Below, one piece after another: positions 8,880 to 16,251 of a stretch of 64,000 bases of DNA (the stretch's first letter is position 1; each line of letters opens with the position of its first letter). This stretch comes from Actinomycetota bacterium (GTDB taxonomy: Bacteria > Actinomycetota > UBA4738 > HRBIN12): contig DASUPO010000113.1 of NCBI GenBank assembly GCA_036281075.1, positions 7,767 to 71,766 of the forward strand, in the 5' to 3' direction. The notes beneath the pieces are model-generated. The model was not told the origin of the DNA. It ran no database searches and was given only the letters and a program-made list of their open reading frames with translations. Position numbers and translations under genes: made by a program.

Positions 8880-9818
8880 GTGGGAACGGTCCTGCTGGCG
8901 GCGCCCCGAGGCTACTGTGCCGGGGTCGAGCGCGCGGTCGACGCGGTCGACCTCGCGCTCGCCCGCCACGGCGGTCCCGTGTACGTCCGCAAGCAGATCG
9001 TGCACAACCTCCACGTCGTCCGCGACCTGGAGCGGAAGGGCGCGGTCTTCGTCGACGAGCTGACGGAGGTCCCCGACGGAGCGGTCGTGGTCCTGTCCGC
9101 CCACGGCTCGGCCCCCACGGTGCACGAGGAGGGCGGGCACCGTCGGCTGGACGTGATCGACGCGACGTGCCCGCTCGTGACGAAGGTCCATCTCGAGGCC
9201 CGCCGGTTCGCGGAGGACGACCGGACGATCCTCCTCATCGGCCACCAGGGGCACGAGGAGGTGGAGGGGACGAGCGGCCAGGCGCCCGAGCGGACGATCC
9301 TCGTTCAGTCGGTCGCCGAGGCCGAGCGCGTGGAGGTCCCCGATCCCTCGGCGCTCTCCTACCTCACGCAGACCACGCTGTCCGTCGACGAGACGAACGA
9401 GATCGTCGCGGTGCTCCGCTCGCGGTTCCCCGAGATCCAGGGCCCCCCACGCGAGGATATCTGCTACGCAACCCAGAACCGGCAGGACGCGATCAAGGAG
9501 GTGGCCGGTCGATCCGATGTCGTTCTCGTGATCGGCTCGAAGAACTCCTCGAACTCCAACCGGCTCGCGGAGGTCAGCCGCGAACGGGGAACGCCGGCGT
9601 ACCTCGTCGACGACGAGACCGAGGTGGATCCATCCTGGCTCGAAGGAGCAGACGTCGTGGGCCTGACCTCGGGAGCGTCGGCGCCCGAGTGGCTCGTGGA
9701 TCGGATGGTCGGTTGGCTCGCGGAGCGGGGGTTCGATCGCGTGGAACAGGCCCTGATCACGAAGGAGCACGTCCGGTTCGCGCTGCCCGCCGGCGTGCGG
9801 GCTACGACCACGAGCTGA
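8880..9818 (+). CDS. ispH: 4-hydroxy-3-methylbut-2-enyl diphosphate reductase
   Basis: 312 aa from a GTG. Motifs PRGYCAGVERAV, IDATCPLVTKVH, ICYATQNRQ (the three Cys ligands) and SSNSNRL. A TACGAT -10-like hexamer lies 6 nt upstream, suggesting a leaderless mRNA. Confidence 0.92.
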   Translation: MGTVLLAAPRGYCAGVERAVDAVDLALARHGGPVYVRKQIVHNLHVVRDLERKGAVFVDELTEVPDGAVVVLSAHGSAPTVHEEGGHRRLDVIDATCPLVTKVHLEARRFAEDDRTILLIGHQGHEEVEGTSGQAPERTILVQSVAEAERVEVPDPSALSYLTQTTLSVDETNEIVAVLRSRFPEIQGPPREDICYATQNRQDAIKEVAGRSDVVLVIGSKNSSNSNRLAEVSRERGTPAYLVDDETEVDPSWLEGADVVGLTSGASAPEWLVDRMVGWLAERGFDRVEQALITKEHVRFALPAGVRATTTS

Positions 9819-10353
9819 ACTGGTCTCGGTCCTCCGCGGGCTCTTCGTAGTCCATCGACACCAGGGTGTGGGTGCGACGCACGCCCGGCAAGGCCTGGAT
9901 CTTCTCCAGCACGATCCCGGACGCCACCTCCCACGGCTCGGCGACGCACGCGATCACGTCCCATCGACCGCCGAGGACGGCCGCGCCGGCGACGCCCGCG
10001 ATCTCCGACAGCCGCTCGTAGAGCCCGGCCGCGGCCCCCGCCTCCGCGGCGATGTGGACGTAGCACGCCCCCGGGACGATCTCCGGCGTGGGGAGACCTC
10101 CGAAGCCCACCACGCCGAGGCGGTCGGGCGGCACGACCGGCGCCGTGGACGTCCGCTCGATCCCCTCGATCAGCTGGATCTCGGAGAGCACGTTCGTCCC
10201 GATCCCGGCCACGTCGGGGCCCTCCACCAGGCAGAGCACGTCCCAGTCGCCGATCACCAGGACCGAGCGGCGGGTGGTCGCCGACCCGGTGAGCCGGTTC
10301 CGCACCGGCACGATCGATCCGGGACGGACCCGCAGGTAGACGAACGCCTCCAT
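9802..10353 (-). CDS. Tandem Lrp/AsnC ligand-binding (RAM) domain protein without HTH
   Basis: 183 aa from MEAFVYLRV. Two copies of the AsnC-type effector-domain pattern are present (…V.GDWDVLCLVE…I.GIERT… and …LGGRWDVIACVA…LPGVRRTHT). The rest of track ORF 9802..11361 is shadow. Confidence 0.7.
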   Translation of the reverse strand: MEAFVYLRVRPGSIVPVRNRLTGSATTRRSVLVIGDWDVLCLVEGPDVAGIGTNVLSEIQLIEGIERTSTAPVVPPDRLGVVGFGGLPTPEIVPGACYVHIAAEAGAAAGLYERLSEIAGVAGAAVLGGRWDVIACVAEPWEVASGIVLEKIQALPGVRRTHTLVSMDYEEPAEDRDQFSSWS

Positions 10354-10397
10354 CGAGCCGAGGCTAGGCCAGCCCCGGGGGCCGAACAAGGACCGAG

Positions 10398-11588
10398 CTA
10401 TCCGTGGGCCACGACGGGGGCGCGGGTGAGGGCGGCGAGCTCCTCCTCGCCTTCCTCCGGCCCGATCGAGATCAACCGATCGCCTTCCTGCAGCGCGAAC
10501 CGGGACCGCGGCCGGTAGATCCAGCGCGATCCACGCTGGATCGCGAGCACGAACATCCCCGTCTCGGTCTCGATCTCGAGCTCCCGGAGCGAGCGGCCGA
10601 CCGCGGTGGAGCCACGCTCGACCACGACCTCCGAGCTCGTCTCCTCGGTCTCCTCGAGGGCGAGCTGGACGACGGGGTGGAGCGGCTCGCCCTTCTCCAC
10701 GTACCACGTCATGTCGCGAGCGGCGTCGCACACGTACTCCGAGGCAGCCCCCAGGCGCAGGAGACCACGGAGGGCGTCGGGATCGCGGGCCTCGGGCGCC
10801 GCCCGGAGCACCCACGACTCGAGCTCGTCGTGGAGGATGTCGGATCTCGCCTCGAGCGTCCCGACCTCGGCCGCGAGCGAACGGTTGTTGAACAGCAGGG
10901 CCGAGTAGGCGAGCCCGACCGCAGCCTCCGCCAGGTCCTTCAGCTCCACGAGGATGTCGACGGCCCGGTCGAGCTCCGAGAGCGGCGGCGGCTCCTCGTG
11001 GGGAGCCTCCGGGAACGTCGGGGCGCCGGCCAGCTCCCGCACGTGGTTCACCCCCTCCTCCGGGCCACGGATCAGCAGGACGTCCCCGACCGAGACGACG
11101 TCGTCCGGCCCCGGGTCGAAGCGCCAATCCATCCCGCTTCGGATCGCGACGACCCACATGCCCGACTCCGTTGGGAGCGAGAGATCCCGCAGGGATCGGC
11201 CGGCGGCCGGCGCATCGTCCCGCAGCCTCACGCGCGCGACCATCTCGTCGGCGTGACGGAGGTCCCGCCGCAGGGCGTCGGGAATCCCGAGCCGGGCCGC
11301 GACCACCCGGGCGATGTCCGACGCCGCGTCCCCCACCCCTTCGATCGCGTCGGCGATCCACAGGACGCCCGCCATCCCCTCCGCGTCCTCGGGACTGCGG
11401 GCTGCCAGCATCGCCGTGATCCGGAGGAGTCGGAGGTGGTCGCTCATCCGTTGCTCGAGTCGTTCGACCTCCTGGGCGAGCTTCTCCTCGTTGAAGAAGA
11501 CCGCGGCGTAGGCCAGGTCCACCATCAGCTCGGAGGCGTCCTTGAGCTCGACCAGGAGCTCTTTGACGTTGCGCGGCTGCTCGTCCAT
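10398..11588 (-). CDS. PhoU-domain / TrkA-C (RCK_C) duplicated regulatory protein
   Basis: 396 aa with two repeats of a PhoU-like helix pair (ELKD..E..V.LAY.A..FN) followed by a TrkA-C domain (GRSLRDLSLP...GDVLLIRG and GRSLRELEIE...GDRLISIG). The ATG shares 1 nt with the upstream stop (TGATG). Confidence 0.8.
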   Translation of the reverse strand: MDEQPRNVKELLVELKDASELMVDLAYAAVFFNEEKLAQEVERLEQRMSDHLRLLRITAMLAARSPEDAEGMAGVLWIADAIEGVGDAASDIARVVAARLGIPDALRRDLRHADEMVARVRLRDDAPAAGRSLRDLSLPTESGMWVVAIRSGMDWRFDPGPDDVVSVGDVLLIRGPEEGVNHVRELAGAPTFPEAPHEEPPPLSELDRAVDILVELKDLAEAAVGLAYSALLFNNRSLAAEVGTLEARSDILHDELESWVLRAAPEARDPDALRGLLRLGAASEYVCDAARDMTWYVEKGEPLHPVVQLALEETEETSSEVVVERGSTAVGRSLRELEIETETGMFVLAIQRGSRWIYRPRSRFALQEGDRLISIGPEEGEEELAALTRAPVVAHG

Positions 11589-12844
11589 CACGGGAGTACC
11601 CCGGATGTTCTCATGACGAACAGGATCGCCGCCACGCCCGCGAGGTCCAGGAGCGACGTGGTGAAGGGCACCCCCTGGTTGTCTGGATCGATCCCGAACC
11701 GGGACGTCAGCACGGCCACGTAGTAGCCGACCAGCAGCGTGATCGGCAGGACGAGGGCGCCGGCGAGCAGCGTCGACGACACCAGGGTGAGCACGCCGGG
11801 ATCCGCGCCCGGCGTCAGGGTCGACAGCGCCCAGGAGACGGCGCCGATCGCCGTGAAGACCACGACGCCGAGGACGCTCACGATCGCCCCGTCGATCACG
11901 GCGGGGATCTCCGGGCGCCCCCGAGGCGTGATCACGCCGAGCTGCAGCTTCGACGACAGTCGCGACGACAGGATCCCGCCGAGCGCGCCGGCCTGGGACA
12001 CGAACGGCGGGATCAGGATCAACACCGCGGGGACCAGCTGCAGCTCCCCGCGGTGCGCCTCGAGGAGCGCGCCCGCGAAGATGTCCAGGAGAGGAGCGAG
12101 GATCACGACGGCGGCCATCTCGAGCAGGATCCGTCGCACGGGCGTCTCCGCCAGGATCGCCGCGACGAGCGCGACCGCGGTCGCCGCCGTGCAGAGCACG
12201 GCGGCGACCGCCCCGACGGTGTCGTTCGTCACCAGCAGGCTGGTGACGAACAGGCTCGGGAGCGTGACCATGTCCCCGATCGCGGTCACCATCGGCGTGG
12301 AGACCGCATCCAGGTCCCACCCCTGGCGGAAGGACGTCACCGCGATGCCGATCGTGAACACGAGGGCGATCGCCGATGCGAGGACCCCGCCGACGACGGA
12401 GATCGTCACGAGGTCCCAGAACGAGATCACCGCGCCGGCGCCGAACGCCGACGCCACGAGCTTCGCCACGGCCGCCAGGTAGAAGGACGTGAGGAAGGTG
12501 GACAGGATCGCGACGGCGACGTTGTTCGCGAGGAGGCCCCCGCGGCGCAGGGTCGGCTCGAAGATCCCGACGGCGATCCCCGTCCCGAGTCGCGCGCCCA
12601 TCGCGCCGAAGATCGTGCCGCGCATGCCCACCGCGGCCGGGATCAGCACCAGCAGGCCCGGGAGCCGCTCCAACGTGCCCGTGATCGAGCCGAGCACGAG
12701 CCCGGCCACGAAGCCGGCGCACGTGCTGATCGCGAGGGCGACGGTGCCCTGGCGGAGGGTGCGCTGTTCCGAGCGCCAGTAGCCGTACAGGTGTCGGGCG
12801 CGGCGGGCGAGTCGGGCGGGCGCGGCGGTGAGGCGGTCAGCCAT
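11588..12844 (-). CDS. MgtE/SLC41-like divalent-cation transporter membrane domain (duplicated), lacking the MgtE cytosolic N and CBS domains
   Basis: 418 aa, polytopic, with an internal repeat: PAAVGMRGTIFGAMGARL ... PMVTAIGDMVTLP, then PPFVSQAGALGGILSSRL ... TTSLLDLAGV. Confidence 0.8.
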   Translation of the reverse strand: MADRLTAAPARLARRARHLYGYWRSEQRTLRQGTVALAISTCAGFVAGLVLGSITGTLERLPGLLVLIPAAVGMRGTIFGAMGARLGTGIAVGIFEPTLRRGGLLANNVAVAILSTFLTSFYLAAVAKLVASAFGAGAVISFWDLVTISVVGGVLASAIALVFTIGIAVTSFRQGWDLDAVSTPMVTAIGDMVTLPSLFVTSLLVTNDTVGAVAAVLCTAATAVALVAAILAETPVRRILLEMAAVVILAPLLDIFAGALLEAHRGELQLVPAVLILIPPFVSQAGALGGILSSRLSSKLQLGVITPRGRPEIPAVIDGAIVSVLGVVVFTAIGAVSWALSTLTPGADPGVLTLVSSTLLAGALVLPITLLVGYYVAVLTSRFGIDPDNQGVPFTTSLLDLAGVAAILFVMRTSGVLP

Positions 12845-12988
12845 CGCCGAGGACCTCCCGGGAGCGGAGGATCAGGTGTCCGTCGTGCTCATGCGCAGCG
12901 CCGCGCGCCCCGCCGCGCGGGGACGGAAGGAGCTCGTGCATCGCGCGGCTCCGCGGGGACATAAGGGCACCGACATCGAGGACCTGAT

Positions 12989-13014
12989 CCGTTCCGGTCC
13001 CGGCCGTTCCGGTC
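12989..13014. repeat. Tandem direct repeat CCGTTCCGGTC x2 (15-nt period) in the leader/promoter region of the MgtE-like operon
   Basis: Exact 11-mers at 12989-12999 and 13004-13014. On the - strand they read GACCGGAACGG. Confidence 0.6.
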
Positions 13015-13088
13015 GGGACACGCGGCCGCCGAGGCGTCGGCGGCTCGCGCAGTATAGGCCGGGCCCGCGCCCGCACCGGGCGCGTCGC

Positions 13089-14024
13089 TCAGGCCGGTTC
13101 CTCGACCCAGTCCCGCGTGAGGTACAGCCAGAACGCGAGCCCCGCGTAGTCGCCGTACGGGCGGAACCGCCGCTCGATCTGCCGGTCGGACACGGGTCGG
13201 GTGCGACCCAGCAGCCGCGCGTACTTCGGGCGCGTCCAGGAGTCGAGGATCAGCCGGGAGTGACGGCCCAACGTCATCATGATGTGCGCCGTCGCGTACG
13301 GCCCGACGCCGGGCAGCGCGAGGAGCGCGGCCTCGAGCTCCTCGTCCGGGAGCTCCGCCGGGGTCGCCGTCGCGAACGACTCGAGGTCGAGCTCCCCTCG
13401 CGCGACCGCGGACGACAGCGCGATCAGATAGGCGCCGCGATAGCCCGCGCGCACGACGTCGCGGTAGAACGACTCGGGCGCGCCGGCCATCGTCTCTGGG
13501 GTGGGGAACGCGTTCGAGAGCGGTCCGTCGCCGCCGAGCGCCGGCTCGCCCAGGTGCGTCACGAGCGCGTTCACCATCCGGACCGTCGCGCTCCAAGCGC
13601 AGTTCGTCGTGCACACCGTCTTCACCACGTCCTCGAACACGGTGGGTGAGCGCAGCATCCGCCCGGCCCCGCGCGTGGCCCACGCCAGGTCCGGGTCCGC
13701 CGCCGCCCGGAGGTAGAACGCGGACAGGTCCTGATCGAGGCGAAGCACGTGCGCCGTGCCGTCCAACACGGCCGCGATCACGGTCTGCCCCGGACGCGGC
13801 CCGAGGACCTCGATCCTCGCGCGTCTCCCTCGGCCGGCCCTGACGACGACCCGCCGGGGTCGCCCGCGCGGCACGCGGATCGTGAGGGCGAGCGAGCGGT
13901 CGGTCTCGTCGAGGACCGTGGGCGCGAGCTCCGCGAACCCGTGGGACACGAGGGTCCGCCACAGGTCGACGGGCTCGCCGCCCGGCGAGCGGAGCTCGAG
14001 GTCGAGGATCGTGACGGCGGTCAT
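13089..14024 (-). CDS. HhH-GPD superfamily DNA glycosylase (AlkA / 3-methyladenine glycosylase II-like)
   Basis: From MTAVTILDL. Helix-hairpin-helix LLALPGVGPYATAHIMM followed by ILDSW (candidate catalytic Asp). The ATG overlaps the upstream stop (ATGA at 14021-14024). Confidence 0.75.
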   Translation of the reverse strand: MTAVTILDLELRSPGGEPVDLWRTLVSHGFAELAPTVLDETDRSLALTIRVPRGRPRRVVVRAGRGRRARIEVLGPRPGQTVIAAVLDGTAHVLRLDQDLSAFYLRAAADPDLAWATRGAGRMLRSPTVFEDVVKTVCTTNCAWSATVRMVNALVTHLGEPALGGDGPLSNAFPTPETMAGAPESFYRDVVRAGYRGAYLIALSSAVARGELDLESFATATPAELPDEELEAALLALPGVGPYATAHIMMTLGRHSRLILDSWTRPKYARLLGRTRPVSDRQIERRFRPYGDYAGLAFWLYLTRDWVEEPA

Positions 14025-14644
14025 CTGGCGGCCTGCCGCTCGCGGAACGCGCGGACCTTCGCGCGGTTGCCGCACACCGCCATCGAGCACCACTTCCCGC
14101 TCCGGTTCTTCGAGCGATCGAAGAAGACCGCCGAGCACCCTTCGTCGTGGCAGACCCTGAGCCGTTCCCATCGGCCATCGAGCTCAGCGAGGAAAGCCGT
14201 TCCGAGGATCCGGCCGACGGCACCTCGGACGCCCGTCGCCTCGACGTGGATCGGGTTCTCGTCGTCGCAGCCGAAGCAGACGCGGAGGCCGGTCTCGTCG
14301 GCCGCTCGGTTCAGCAACGCGTTGGCTCCGGCGTCCGGCTCGTCCCCCATGTTCTTCCGCACCTTCGCGGTGAGGGCGTCCCTGATCCGCAGGGCCCAGG
14401 CGAGGTCCTGATCCCGGGTCGTCTTTCCGGGTTCGACGAGCCCGTTCGACCCGAGCCACCACCGGACGGTCTCGAGGCTCGGCCGGAGGCTGTCGGGGTT
14501 CCCCCGCTCGTGGTCGTGCAGGGAGAGGAAGGCGCGGACGAGCTCGAGGTCGCCCGGCGCCGGCGGCGTCTCGTCACCGTGGCCGTCGGGCGGGAGACGC
14601 CGCGACTGCGCCGGTCGATCCCCGATGGGTGAACCACTCATCAT
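14021..14644 (-). CDS. CGNR zinc-finger protein (ABATE + zf-CGNR)
   Basis: C-terminus: RLRVCHDEGCSAVFFDRSKNRSGKWCSMAVCGNRAKVRAFRERQ. Confidence 0.85.
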   Translation of the reverse strand: MMSGSPIGDRPAQSRRLPPDGHGDETPPAPGDLELVRAFLSLHDHERGNPDSLRPSLETVRWWLGSNGLVEPGKTTRDQDLAWALRIRDALTAKVRKNMGDEPDAGANALLNRAADETGLRVCFGCDDENPIHVEATGVRGAVGRILGTAFLAELDGRWERLRVCHDEGCSAVFFDRSKNRSGKWCSMAVCGNRAKVRAFRERQAAR

Positions 14645-14646
14645 GG

Positions 14647-14676
14647 TTGACAGGTTACACCGAAACCTCGTACGGT
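14647..14676 (+). promoter_or_regulatory. Putative sigma70-type promoter (TTGACA, 18-nt spacer, TACGGT) with an overlapping inverted repeat
   Basis: TTGACA at 14647-14652 and TACGGT at 14671-14676. The inverted repeat ACACCG(14657-62)/CGGTGT(14673-78) spans the -10. A second repeat, AACTG-N5-CAGTT, lies at 14682-14696. Confidence 0.35.
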
Positions 14677-14726
14677 GTCGTAACTGGTTAACAGTTCTGA
14701 CCGGTTACTCACGAGGGGAGGCGGAC

Positions 14727-15053
14727 GTGTTGCATCCAGGGATCGCGTCGGAGATGTCGAAGCTCGAGAGCCAGGAACGCCTCCGGGAGGCGTCAGTGAG
14801 GCGCCCCGGTCCCCGGGCCGAGCAGGGATGGGGGCCGTCCGCGGCGGGTGCCGCCGGCCTGCTCGCGATCGCGCTCCTCGGGCCGGTCGCGACGATCCTC
14901 GTCGTCGGGGCGATGGTCGCGATCGCGGCCGTCGTCGTCGGGCTCGGTCGGGGTCGCGGGATGGTCGCCGTCGGGCCGGAGGCCCAGGACCGATGGGCGG
15001 CGTGGCGCGTGGTCGAGCCCGACGCCGAGTACCGTCGCCGGCGCGCCGCCTAG
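14727..15053 (+). CDS. Small hypothetical membrane protein
   Basis: GTG preceded by AGGGGAGG. One long hydrophobic stretch (AAGLLAIALLGPVATILVVGAMVAIAAVVVGL). Start choice is uncertain. Confidence 0.4.
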   Translation: MLHPGIASEMSKLESQERLREASVRRPGPRAEQGWGPSAAGAAGLLAIALLGPVATILVVGAMVAIAAVVVGLGRGRGMVAVGPEAQDRWAAWRVVEPDAEYRRRRAA

Positions 15054-15064
15054 ACTTCGGCGGC

Positions 15065-15352
15065 GTGTTGGCCTTCACTGACTGGGCGATCGAGATCCTC
15101 TCGCGTGCCGACGCCGCCGCGCGTCGCTTCAACCCGGACGTCCGCGTGCGGATCGTCCGCGAGGACGGCGGCGTGCGTTTCGAGCTCACGGACGAGCCGA
15201 ACCCCGACGACGTCGCGATCGATCACCCGTCCGGGTTCACGCTCCTCGCGCCCGCGGACCTCGAGGGGGTCGTCGACGTCGTCGAGCCGCACGACCGACT
15301 GATCCTGCGGGCGACGGACGATCCGGAGCGGAGCGTGCGGCCCGACCACTGA
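15065..15352 (+). CDS. HesB/IscA-like fold protein lacking the Fe-S ligand cysteines
   Basis: LAFTDWAIEILSRA...VRVRIV..GGVRFELTDE...D follows the IscA pattern (compare the canonical copy at 41591-41935) but contains no Cys at all. Confidence 0.5.
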   Translation: MLAFTDWAIEILSRADAAARRFNPDVRVRIVREDGGVRFELTDEPNPDDVAIDHPSGFTLLAPADLEGVVDVVEPHDRLILRATDDPERSVRPDH

Positions 15353-15393
15353 TCCTTCCGGCCGTACGAGCTGCGGCGGATACACTTGCCGCC

Positions 15394-16251
15394 ATGACGG
15401 ACGGGGGGGCCCTTCGCGCCGTGGGCGGCGCCGGCCCGGTGATGATCATCGGAGGCGCGGAGGACCGCTTCCGGGACAAGTCGATCCTCGCGACGTTCAC
15501 CGAGCTCGCGGGCGGCAGTGACGGGCACGTCGTCGTGATCTCGACCGCGTCCTCTCTCGGCGACGCCGCGACCGCGGCGTACCGCGAGCTGTTCCTCGGC
15601 CTCGGGATCGGGCGTGTCAGCGGGATCCGTCCGGAGGAACGGGAGGAGGCCGACGATCCGGCGGCCGTCGAGCTGCTGTCGGAGGCCACCGGGGTCTTCC
15701 TGACGGGAGGGAACCAGTCGCGGCTGACCCAGGTCGTCGCCGGGACCCGCGTGGGCAACGCGATCTCCAATGCCCACGACCGCGGCGTCGTGCTCGCCGG
15801 GACCAGCGCCGGAGCGTCCGCCCTGGCCTCCCACATGGTCGCCTTCGGGCGACCCGGGCCGACCCCGAAGCACCGCATGGTGCACCTCGCGGCCGGCCTC
15901 GGCATCGTACAAGGGGTCGTGATCGACCAGCACTTCGAGCAGCGAGGCCGGATCGGCCGGCTCCTCGCGCTCGTCGCGCAGTCGCCGTCGCTCCTCGGGA
16001 TCGGCGTCGACGAGGACACCTGCGCCGTGGTCACGGCCGACCACGTGCTCCACGTGATCGGCCGAGGCGCCGTGACGCTCGTCGACGGCTCCCACGTCAG
16101 GACCGACGCCTATCGCGGGAAGGGCTATCGTCCTGTCATGGTGAGCGGCGCCGTCCTGCACTCCCTGCCCTCGGGGTACCGATTCGACCTGCGAGGACGC
16201 GCGCTCCTCACCGGTCCGGACGCCCTCGAGGACGGGGAGGCCTCCACGTGA
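15394..16251 (+). CDS. cphB: Cyanophycinase (peptidase S51), intracellular type
   Basis: Motifs MIIGGAED, FLTGGNQSRL and the nucleophile region LAGTSAGASAL. No signal peptide. Confidence 0.9.
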   Translation: MTDGGALRAVGGAGPVMIIGGAEDRFRDKSILATFTELAGGSDGHVVVISTASSLGDAATAAYRELFLGLGIGRVSGIRPEEREEADDPAAVELLSEATGVFLTGGNQSRLTQVVAGTRVGNAISNAHDRGVVLAGTSAGASALASHMVAFGRPGPTPKHRMVHLAAGLGIVQGVVIDQHFEQRGRIGRLLALVAQSPSLLGIGVDEDTCAVVTADHVLHVIGRGAVTLVDGSHVRTDAYRGKGYRPVMVSGAVLHSLPSGYRFDLRGRALLTGPDALEDGEAST

